Shown in pieces: positions 1 to 7,733 of a stretch of 26,805 nt of DNA (positions within the stretch are counted from its first letter, which is position 1; the number at the start of each line of letters is the position of its first letter). The notes below the pieces were generated by a model. That model saw only the letters and a program-made list of their open reading frames with translations. It was not told the origin of the DNA and made no database searches. This DNA comes from Candidatus Krumholzibacteriia bacterium (GTDB lineage Bacteria; Krumholzibacteriota; Krumholzibacteriia; WVZY01). The stretch lies in NCBI GenBank assembly GCA_036478295.1, contig JAZGDW010000160.1, positions 1-26,805 of the forward strand, in the 5' to 3' direction. A program made the position numbers and the translations under genes.

Positions 1-2220
1 GCCGGGACGTCTCCGTCACAGGTGCGTTTCTCCGCGGATGGCGCGCAGGTCTATTTTCACTGGAACAGTCCCGAGAAGCTCGACTCGTTGAACGCCCTCG
101 AGCCCGAGAAGGCCTACGAGCACTACATGTCACTCGAAGAGGAAGCGGGCACGTACGCGCTCACCGTCGCCAGCGGCCAGTTACGAAAGCTCACCGACGA
201 AGAGGCGGACACGCTGGTGGCGAGCGAGGGCGCGTGGAGCAAGGACCGGACCCGGCGGGCGGAAATCCGTGCCGGCGACGTCTACCTGGTCGATGTCGCG
301 GCGGGCGGCACGCGGCGCATCACGGCGACGCTCGCACGCGAGCAGCATATCCAGATATCCGGCGACGGCAAGACCGTGTACTACCAGAGCGGGGACAATC
401 TCTTCTCGGTGACGTGGAGCGGCGGGCCGATCCGTCAGCGCACCGATCTGATAACGGAGGATGAGCCCGGCGATGAAGAGCTGTCCAAGCAGAGACAGTT
501 TCTGGTCGACCAGCAGAAAGAACTTTTTTGGGAATTTCAACAGGAGAAAAAGGAGCCCCGCAAGAAGCGGCCACAGGCGGTGTATTTGGGTAAAGGGTGG
601 AGCGTCGATGATGTGCGCGTATCCCCGACGGGCCATTACGCCGCGGTGGAAATCTCCAAGAAACCCGAGGGCGCGCGCAAGCCGCTCGTTCCTCATTTTG
701 TCACCGAGAGCGGGTATATAGAGACCAAGGAGACCCGTCCCATGGTCGGTGACAAGGGGGGAGCGAACGAGATCCGGCTGATCGACCTGCGTGGGGACTC
801 GCTGCTGCCGGTCAAGATGGAGGACGACATGATCGCGAATGTCATGTCGTGGTCACCGGTCGAAGACATCCTGCTGGCGCGCGGAATTACAAACGATTAC
901 AAAAAACGGTTCTTCTATGCGGTCGAGGCGGACGTACGCGGTGCCGACGGCCAGGTGGTGCCGCGGGTACTCGACGAGTATGCCGATGCGGCATGGGTTG
1001 GGGGGCCTGCGTTCTTTTCCACCGGCGGTTGGCTGCCCGGCGGGAGCGCGATTTATTTCATCTCGGAAGAGGAAGGCTACGCGCATCTCTACACCGTTAC
1101 CAAGGAGGGCCTGCCGAACAAACTCACCGACGGACCGTGGGAGGTCTATGAAGCCCATCCCTCACGCGACGGGTCACTATGGTACCTCATTACCAATGAG
1201 GGTGACCCAAGCTCGCAGCGCATGTGGACCATGAACGCCGACGGCACGGGCAAGAAGGTGCTGGTCGAGGATATCGGCAAGTACGATCCGAAGCTCTCCG
1301 GAGACGAGGCCACGGTCGCGTACACGCGTTCGACGGTCAACGCCCCGCCCGAGCTGTATCTCTACGACATGGCGTCGGGGGGTGTCACCGGGCCTTTGAC
1401 GACCTCCAGCACGAAGCTCTTTCGTGGCTTTCCGTGGATCCGGCCGGAGACCATCACCATCAATGCCAGCGACGGGGGCAGGTTCCGTGCGCATATCTTC
1501 CGGCCGGAGACGTTCGGCAAGCGCGCCAACCATGCCGGCGTCATCTTTATTCACGGGGCCGGGTATCTTCAGAACGTTACCGACTGGTGGTCGTACTATT
1601 ATAGAGAGTACATGTTCAACCACTACCTCGCCCTCAACGGGTACACCGTGTTGAACGTCGACTTCCGCGGCTCCGCGGGCTATGGGCGCGAGAGCCGGGT
1701 CGCCGTTCACCGGCACATGGGTGGACGGGATCTCGACGATGTCATCGACGCCGCACGTTACGTGGTCAAGAAGGAAGGCGTCGACAAGGACAAGGTCGGT
1801 GTGTACGGCGGCTCGTACGGCGGCTTTCTCACCATCATGGCGCTCTTCAAATATCCCGACGTGATTACCTGCGGCGGGGCCATCCGTTCCGTCACGGACT
1901 GGGCGCATTACAACCATTGGTACACGTCTCGCATCCTCGGTACACCGGAGGACGATCCGGAGGCGTTCGAGCAATCGTCGCCGATAAATTTTGCGGAAGG
2001 CTTCGAGGGCGGGCTGCTCATGCTGCACGGACTCGTGGATGCGAACGTGCTGGCGACGGATGTATTGCGGTTGTCGCAGAAGCTCATCGAGCTGGGCAAG
2101 GACGACTGGGACCTCATTCTCTACCCGGTGGAACCGCACTCGTTCAAGCGGGCGTCTTCGTGGACGGATGAGTACAAGCGGATCTTCAATCTGTTCGAGG
2201 AGGAATTGGTGGGGAGATAA
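1..2220 (+). CDS. S9 family (prolyl oligopeptidase/dipeptidyl aminopeptidase-like) serine peptidase, 5'-truncated by the window edge
   Basis: Frame is open from base 1 (AGTSPSQVRFS...). A beta-propeller-like N-terminal region precedes an alpha/beta hydrolase domain with HGAG, the nucleophile motif GGSYGG, Asp in HGLVDANV and His in VEPHSF. Confidence 0.93.
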   Translation, partial: AGTSPSQVRFSADGAQVYFHWNSPEKLDSLNALEPEKAYEHYMSLEEEAGTYALTVASGQLRKLTDEEADTLVASEGAWSKDRTRRAEIRAGDVYLVDVAAGGTRRITATLAREQHIQISGDGKTVYYQSGDNLFSVTWSGGPIRQRTDLITEDEPGDEELSKQRQFLVDQQKELFWEFQQEKKEPRKKRPQAVYLGKGWSVDDVRVSPTGHYAAVEISKKPEGARKPLVPHFVTESGYIETKETRPMVGDKGGANEIRLIDLRGDSLLPVKMEDDMIANVMSWSPVEDILLARGITNDYKKRFFYAVEADVRGADGQVVPRVLDEYADAAWVGGPAFFSTGGWLPGGSAIYFISEEEGYAHLYTVTKEGLPNKLTDGPWEVYEAHPSRDGSLWYLITNEGDPSSQRMWTMNADGTGKKVLVEDIGKYDPKLSGDEATVAYTRSTVNAPPELYLYDMASGGVTGPLTTSSTKLFRGFPWIRPETITINASDGGRFRAHIFRPETFGKRANHAGVIFIHGAGYLQNVTDWWSYYYREYMFNHYLALNGYTVLNVDFRGSAGYGRESRVAVHRHMGGRDLDDVIDAARYVVKKEGVDKDKVGVYGGSYGGFLTIMALFKYPDVITCGGAIRSVTDWAHYNHWYTSRILGTPEDDPEAFEQSSPINFAEGFEGGLLMLHGLVDANVLATDVLRLSQKLIELGKDDWDLILYPVEPHSFKRASSWTDEYKRIFNLFEEELVGR

Positions 2221-2276
2221 CCAGCTTATGTGGAATGTGTGTTCCTACTCTTCGTGTCCGGTGTCGGGACATAATA

Positions 2277-2783
2277 ATGCTCCTGTTTCGGTGTACCAAG
2301 AAGCTGCTCCACGAACTCCGCGTCGAACCCGACGAGCGTTTTGAGTCCGACGAGGGTGGTTTCCTGGGAAGCTGGTTCGCGCACTTGCTGAGGATCGAGC
2401 GCCGGAAGTGTGTCTTATTCACGAATAGCGGGACCCTTTATTCATTTCTCGTGGTCGGACTTCGAAGACCCGAGTTTCAGAATTTCCGTGACACCTTTGT
2501 TCGACACTTGCTCACGAATCTCAGCCGGGAGGGTCTGGACGTCATTGTGGCGCGGCGCCTCGCGGCTGATTCGGAGCCGGTAGCCTACGCCAAGACGAAC
2601 AACCGTAGCGTACTTGGGTCCATGAACGAACTGGCCTTTCTGGCCACGGCATACATCGAGGACGGCGGTGGATTGGAATCGTGCGATCTCCTCTCGATGA
2701 ATTACAGGCTGAACCGTACTCCGATGAGTGCCCTGCAGTATAGATATCCGATCGAAGCGCTCAAGGCGGAGATATACTTATGA
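2277..2783 (+). CDS. DUF6933-like hypothetical protein
   Basis: MLLFRCTKKLL...W.AHLLRIERRKCVLFTN...TLYSF...KTNNRSVLGSMNE pattern, recognised as DUF6933. ATG 2277 is preferred over the track start 2235. Confidence 0.7.
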   Translation: MLLFRCTKKLLHELRVEPDERFESDEGGFLGSWFAHLLRIERRKCVLFTNSGTLYSFLVVGLRRPEFQNFRDTFVRHLLTNLSREGLDVIVARRLAADSEPVAYAKTNNRSVLGSMNELAFLATAYIEDGGGLESCDLLSMNYRLNRTPMSALQYRYPIEALKAEIYL

Positions 2784-2886
2784 TCGGCTCGAGCGCCGCC
2801 GTGCCTCCCGACACCAACAGTGAATACGAGATAACTGATAACGTAATAATGTGTTACATAACACCACGGCAGATAGCGGTATTCCC

Positions 2887-2962
2887 ACTTGTTGACAAGT
2901 TATGCTGCTATTGACAAGTTAACATTGATATATTGACAAGTTATGTCTATTATATTGACAAG
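2887..2962 (+). repeat. Four direct repeats of TTGACAAG(TTA) in an AT-rich tract; putative operator array
   Basis: TTGACAAG starts at 2892, 2911, 2933 and 2955 (spacings 19, 22, 22). The first copy lies within the inverted repeat ACTTGT-TG-ACAAGT (2887-2900). Confidence 0.85.
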
Positions 2963-2987
2963 CCTGGAACAGGAGGTACCTGCGGAA

Positions 2988-4025
2988 ATGCACGGACCCA
3001 GCGGGCGCGGGCGGAGGATTCGCGCCTTCATCATCGAGAACATCCCGGACCACCCTCGGGACGTGGTCCGCGTTGCCAGCAAGAAATTCGGTATCTCGAG
3101 ACAGGCCATCAACCGTTACATTAAGGACCTGGTAATGGAAGGCCTGATCGACGCCGCAGGCGGCACGAGCGGGCGGTGGCACTCGCTGGTGCCGCTGCGC
3201 GAGAAGACTGTCACCTTGCCCCTGTCCGGTCTCGAAGAAGACCACGCGTGGCGGGCGGAAGTATCTCCGACGCTCAGCGGTTTGCCCCGGAACGTGCTCG
3301 ACATCTGGCACTACGCGTTCACCGAAATGGTGAATAACGCGGTCGATCACTCCGCTGGGGGCGAGCTCGTGGTCACCGTCAAGATGAATGCCCTCCTCAC
3401 GGAGATCTACGTGCACGATGACGGCGTCGGCATTTTTCGAAAGATAAAGGAAGAGTGTCATCTCGAGGATGAGCGTCACGCGATCCTGGAGTTGTCGAAA
3501 GGAAAGCTCACGACCGACCCCGATCACCACACGGGCGAGGGCATTTTCTTCACATCAAGAATGCTGGACGACTTCGTGATCCTTTCCGGTGACGTGTTCT
3601 TTTCGCACCGGTTCGGCGAACGCGAAGACTGGATACTGGAACGCGAAGCGCCCAGGTCCGGGACGACCGTCCTTATGTTCCTCAACAATAACAGCGACCG
3701 GACCGATCAGGAGGTGTTCGACCGCTTCGCATCCGAGGATGAGGACTACGGATTCACGAAGACTGTCGTCCCCGTTCATCTTGCGAGGCACGGACTCGAG
3801 AAGCTGATCTCCAGATCGCAGGCAAAACGACTGCTCGCCAGGGTCGATCGATTCAATACCGTGGTCTTTGATTTCCAGGATGTCGATTCGATCGGGCAAG
3901 CCTTTGCGGACGAGATCTTTCGCGTGTTCGAACGCGAACATCCGGGTGTTCTGGTGATGGCAACCAACACCGGACCGCAGGTCCAGAAAATGATCGACCG
4001 CGCCCACGGCAAGAGAGGAACTTGA
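2988..4025 (+). CDS. wHTH + HATPase_c (anti-sigma kinase-like) + STAS-like DUF4325 protein
   Basis: N-terminal HTH (KFGISRQAINRYIKDLVMEGLI). GHKL boxes EMVNNAVDHS, DDGVGIF, HTGEGIFFTSR and GTTV. C-terminal SRSQAKRL...VVFDFQDVDSIGQAFADEIF is typical of DUF4325. AGGAGG at 2971-2976 supports ATG 2988. Confidence 0.88.
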   Translation: MHGPSGRGRRIRAFIIENIPDHPRDVVRVASKKFGISRQAINRYIKDLVMEGLIDAAGGTSGRWHSLVPLREKTVTLPLSGLEEDHAWRAEVSPTLSGLPRNVLDIWHYAFTEMVNNAVDHSAGGELVVTVKMNALLTEIYVHDDGVGIFRKIKEECHLEDERHAILELSKGKLTTDPDHHTGEGIFFTSRMLDDFVILSGDVFFSHRFGEREDWILEREAPRSGTTVLMFLNNNSDRTDQEVFDRFASEDEDYGFTKTVVPVHLARHGLEKLISRSQAKRLLARVDRFNTVVFDFQDVDSIGQAFADEIFRVFEREHPGVLVMATNTGPQVQKMIDRAHGKRGT

Positions 4026-4086
4026 CCGTGGCGTGCGGTTACCTTTGACGTAGGGACTCCGCTCCTGCGCCGCGGTGTGCACACGC

Positions 4087-4115
4087 TTGAAACCCGCCCT
4101 TTTTAATGGTACACT
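4087..4115 (+). promoter_or_regulatory. sigma70-type promoter for the downstream secreted protein
   Basis: TTGAAA (4087-4092), 17-nt spacer, TACACT (4110-4115) with an extended -10 TG at 4107-4108. Confidence 0.65.
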
Positions 4116-4216
4116 TCACAATCTGAGTTCTCCGAACTCACAGCACCGGATTTCCGGTTGCCGTCCCACTCGGCCAACCACGAGTCTTCCATCTACCTCT
4201 CGATGCGGGGGGGGCC

Positions 4217-6271
4217 ATGCCTGGATTGTTAACGACGGCGGTGCTACGACTTGCGCTCGTGCGGAGAAACCTCAACCCGTTTTATCCATCCATCGCCGCA
4301 GCGGCGGCGGTTCTTCTCCTTCTGATCCCCATTGCGGTGCCACAGGCGACGGCGCAACCCACCATCTCCCTGCCGGCGTCCACCATCGTCGGCGCAGGTC
4401 TTCGAACCGCCGGCCAGACAGCCAGCTTGAGCGCGTCGAGCCACGGCGGCGTGACGGTGCGTATCGAGAGCCGCAACTCCCTGGTATGCTTGATCTCACC
4501 GGACGCGACAACACCGGGAGCACCCTTTGTCGATGTCTTCGTGCCGGACGACACGGGCACGCTATCCTATTTCATCAATGGCGTGGAGAACACGGCCGGA
4601 ACGGTGACGGTGAGGGTGTCGGCGCCGGGATTTGTCGGCGGCACGGGTTCGGTGGAGGTGGTAGCGCCGGGAGTGAAACTCGCGCTGCTTGGTGAATCAC
4701 GAGAAACATTAGAGCCACCCGATCCGTTCGAGGCGCGGATCGGACCGGTCGGCACGACGTTGCGGCAGGCGATCCGGCCGGGCGGCCAGCCAGTGACGGC
4801 AACGTTCGTGAGTTCGGATCCATCCGTTGGGGCGCTCGTCACCGCGTCGGAAGCAAGCGACACCATCATGTTGACAATCCCGGTAGGAGCGAACGGCACA
4901 CCGGGCACGGTGATCACCGGTGGTGTGGCGTTCGAGCCCCTCACGGTTGGTGCGACGGTGATATCCGTGGCGATTCCAGGTTTCGTGACGGAGCCTGCGG
5001 GCACCCGGACGGTGACCGTAACGCAGCCCCAAATCGCGCTGGGGTTTGTGATCGTGGGCTCGGGTCTCCAGACGGGACTGATCACCGTCCGTCTCAGCAC
5101 CGCGCTGCACGGGGGAGTGACGCTTCGCGTTGCGAGTAGTGACCCCGCGCTTTGTCTAATCGCACCGGACGGAAGCACGCCGGGGACCCCATTCGTGGAC
5201 CTGGTGGTACCGAACCGATCGAAATCGACGTTCTTTGTCGCTCAGGGGGTGGAGGATACGACGGGAACGGCGGCAGTGACGGTAACGGCCCCCGGGTTCA
5301 GTAACGGCACGAGCGGTGCACTGGTGACGGATCCGGGTGTACAGCTCGCGGAACTGGCGAACACCATAGACAGGCTCGATCCCGATGATCCGTTTGAAGT
5401 GTGGATCGGCGTACCCCTGGTGCCCGGTGTCGTGGGTACGCAGCCGGTTCGAGCAGGTGGCGCCGAGGTGATGGTGCGGGTGACTTGTTCCGATCCGACT
5501 GTGGGAACACTGGTGACAAGTGCCGGGACGAACGACACGGTCATGGTGACAATCGCAGTGGGATCCAGTATGACACCGGCGACGTTGGCCGAGGGTGGCG
5601 TGGCCTTCCGGCCGCTGGCGCGGGGCGGCGTCATAGTGACGGCAACGGCCCCGGCTCTTGCCGGGATGCCGAGCATGAGCAAATCGGTAACGATAACGGA
5701 GCTCGTGCCGGCGGTGCTGCGGAGTTTCGAATCGCGCTGGGACGGGACGCACGCAGTCGTGGCCTGGAGGCTGATCGATTTCGTTGACGATGTCGACTTT
5801 GAAGTGTACCGGAGGGAAGGGCCGGGTGGTGTGTTCGCGCGCCTCCACGATGTGCAAATCGCCCGGCGGGGCGGCGACTTCACAATGGTGGACGAAGCCT
5901 CCGAGCGTGGCGTGACCTACACGTACCGTGTGGTCGTTATCGAAGGCGGCAGCGCCATTACGTCGTTTGAAACGACGATTACGACACCGGCACTGCGACT
6001 TGCGCTCATGCAAAACCACCCCAACCCATTCAATCCATCCACCCGCATTGGATTCGAGCTGCCGCGGGCGATGCGGGTCAATCTGAGCGTCTATGACATC
6101 CAGGGAAAACTGGTGGTGACGCTCGCAGAGGGTACCATGGCGAAGGGCGCGCGGGAAGTGGTGTGGGACGGGAAAGGCGCACGCGGCGCTCCAGTGAGTT
6201 CCGGTGTATACTTCTATCGACTCAGAGCGGGCACGCGAACGTTCACCAAAAAATTGGTGTTTCTGAAATGA
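4217..6271 (+). CDS. Secreted beta-rich (Ig-like) protein with an internal ~223-aa duplication and a C-terminal FlgD-Ig/T9SS type A-like sorting domain
   Basis: Hydrophobic signal peptide ending ATA-Q. Two homologous Thr/Val/Gly-rich blocks start at 4355 and 5024. C-terminus QNHPNPFNPSTRIGFELP...VYDIQGKLV...WDGK...SGVYFYRL...TKKLVFLK. Exact start is uncertain. Confidence 0.85.
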   Translation: MPGLLTTAVLRLALVRRNLNPFYPSIAAAAAVLLLLIPIAVPQATAQPTISLPASTIVGAGLRTAGQTASLSASSHGGVTVRIESRNSLVCLISPDATTPGAPFVDVFVPDDTGTLSYFINGVENTAGTVTVRVSAPGFVGGTGSVEVVAPGVKLALLGESRETLEPPDPFEARIGPVGTTLRQAIRPGGQPVTATFVSSDPSVGALVTASEASDTIMLTIPVGANGTPGTVITGGVAFEPLTVGATVISVAIPGFVTEPAGTRTVTVTQPQIALGFVIVGSGLQTGLITVRLSTALHGGVTLRVASSDPALCLIAPDGSTPGTPFVDLVVPNRSKSTFFVAQGVEDTTGTAAVTVTAPGFSNGTSGALVTDPGVQLAELANTIDRLDPDDPFEVWIGVPLVPGVVGTQPVRAGGAEVMVRVTCSDPTVGTLVTSAGTNDTVMVTIAVGSSMTPATLAEGGVAFRPLARGGVIVTATAPALAGMPSMSKSVTITELVPAVLRSFESRWDGTHAVVAWRLIDFVDDVDFEVYRREGPGGVFARLHDVQIARRGGDFTMVDEASERGVTYTYRVVVIEGGSAITSFETTITTPALRLALMQNHPNPFNPSTRIGFELPRAMRVNLSVYDIQGKLVVTLAEGTMAKGAREVVWDGKGARGAPVSSGVYFYRLRAGTRTFTKKLVFLK

Positions 6272-6386
6272 GCGGTAACCCTGGGGGATCTGGCGAGGTT
6301 CGCGTTCCATTTTGGGCCGCCCGGGCACGATTGCGGTTCGATCAGTTGCCCCTAACATGGACAGCGCGGGACAGAAAACGGCAAGC

Positions 6387-6998
6387 ATGCAGCTAGTCGT
6401 ATTGAGCGATACCCACGGGAATCACCGAGACATCGCCGTTCCCGACGGCGACCTGCTGATCCATGCAGGGGACTTCGGTTCGATGTTCGGCAGCATCGAC
6501 GAGCTGCGCGAATTCAACGACTTTCTGGGTGAGCTTCCCCACCGGCACAAGATATTTGTCGCCGGCAATCATGACTTCTGCTTCGAGCGCGAGAACGAAG
6601 ACGCCCGCAACACTCTGACCAACGCCCGCTACCTCCAGGACGAGTCCGTCGAGATCGAAGGCGTGAAATTCTACGGCAGCCCCTACCAGCCCCAGTTCTT
6701 GAATTGGGCCTTCAACCTGCCCCGCGGCCAGCCGTTGTGGCGCAAGTGGCAGCTCATACCGCCGGACACGGACGTGCTCATAACCCATTGCCCGCCTCAT
6801 GGCATTGGAGACCGTACGTATTATCGGCGCCACGTTGGTTGCAAGGAACTGCTCGCCCGCGTCACGGAGGTGAAACCCCGGCTGCATGTCTTCGGGCATA
6901 TTCACGAGGCCAGGGGACGATATGAGGTGGGAGAGACGGTGTTCATAAATGCGACGACCGACCGAAACGAACGCGCACCGTTTGTGCTAGAATTGTAG
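6387..6998 (+). CDS. Calcineurin-like metallophosphoesterase (MPPED2/239FB-like)
   Basis: Motifs SDTH, HAGD, AGNHD, THCPP and FGHIHE. ATG 6387. Confidence 0.92.
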   Translation: MQLVVLSDTHGNHRDIAVPDGDLLIHAGDFGSMFGSIDELREFNDFLGELPHRHKIFVAGNHDFCFERENEDARNTLTNARYLQDESVEIEGVKFYGSPYQPQFLNWAFNLPRGQPLWRKWQLIPPDTDVLITHCPPHGIGDRTYYRRHVGCKELLARVTEVKPRLHVFGHIHEARGRYEVGETVFINATTDRNERAPFVLEL

Positions 6999-7086
6999 TT
7001 TCGGTTACTTTGCGGCCCGGCCGCGCAGCCACACTCCCGGCTCGCGGACGGCGTCCGGGTCACGTTGTATTTCTAGGAGCTAACGA

Positions 7087-7374
7087 ATGGCAGCATATAT
7101 CATTGGTGAGGTCGAAATAACCGACCCGGAGAAGTATCAGGAATACATCAAGGTCGTCCCCGAAACCATCGCCGCATACGGAGGCACCTTCCGCGTGCGG
7201 GGTGGAAAGGCCGAGAATCTCGAAGGCGCTTGGGATCCCAAACGCGTCATCGTGTTGGAATTCGAAAGCATGGAGCGCGCGAAGGAGTGGTGGGCCTCGG
7301 ACGAATACAAGAACCCCAAGGCGATGCGGCAGGCCGCCTCGACCGCCAGAATGATCATCGTCGACGGTGTGTGA
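7087..7374 (+). CDS. DUF1330 family protein
   Basis: MAAYII.EV.ITDPEKY.EY...YGG.F.VRGG...LEG.W.P.RVIVLEFESME.A..WW.S.EY. AGGAG RBS upstream. Confidence 0.92.
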   Translation: MAAYIIGEVEITDPEKYQEYIKVVPETIAAYGGTFRVRGGKAENLEGAWDPKRVIVLEFESMERAKEWWASDEYKNPKAMRQAASTARMIIVDGV

Positions 7375-7417
7375 GACGCCGCGCCCGCAGTACCCGAGTG
7401 CGAGAACGAACTGGCTC

Positions 7418-7446
7418 TTGACAATTTCGTTTCTCCGCCACATCTT
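7418..7446 (+). promoter_or_regulatory. Putative sigma70 promoter upstream of the CCCCAC tract
   Basis: Perfect TTGACA (7418-7423), 17-nt spacer, weak -10 CATCTT (7441-7446). Confidence 0.45.
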
Positions 7447-7456
7447 GCAATTAGCG

Positions 7457-7690
7457 ATCCACAACGAAAACCCCACGAAACATCCGTACGGCAAGGGTGC
7501 CGCAGCACCACGAATCCCCACAATAGCGACAGGCCCCACAGGGAACCCCACATAGTCCCACGTCAAGGCACCCCACAAGAGATGGCCCCACACAAGAATA
7601 CCCCACAGACAAACCGCACAACAGGAGCCCCATCAGCAAGCTCGCTTCCCACGGCGAGGGAAACTCCGTAAGCGCTTTCCCCCATACGGA
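7457..7690 (+). repeat. A/C-rich intergenic tract with dispersed CCCCAC motifs; candidate ncRNA or structured 5' leader
   Basis: Exact CCCCAC at 7471, 7516, 7534, 7546, 7571, 7586 and 7601. Variants at 7556, 7614, 7628, 7647 and 7680. Hairpins at 7641-7658 and 7665-7690. Confidence 0.7.
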
Positions 7691-7733
7691 ATGTGCTTCG
7701 CCTCACACGTCAGTGACACAAAGGGGGACGAAT

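Noticed and set aside
2887..2962. Plasmid or phage iteron origin
   Set aside because: The 22-bp phasing fits, but there is no Rep, partition or mobility gene nearby and the context is chromosomal.
7457..7690. CRISPR-like or classical tandem repeat; minus-strand ORFs 7060-7593 and 7451-7639
   Set aside because: The conserved unit is only 6 nt with irregular linkers. The minus-strand ORFs are VG/WG-rich by-products of the motif, and one runs antisense over DUF1330.
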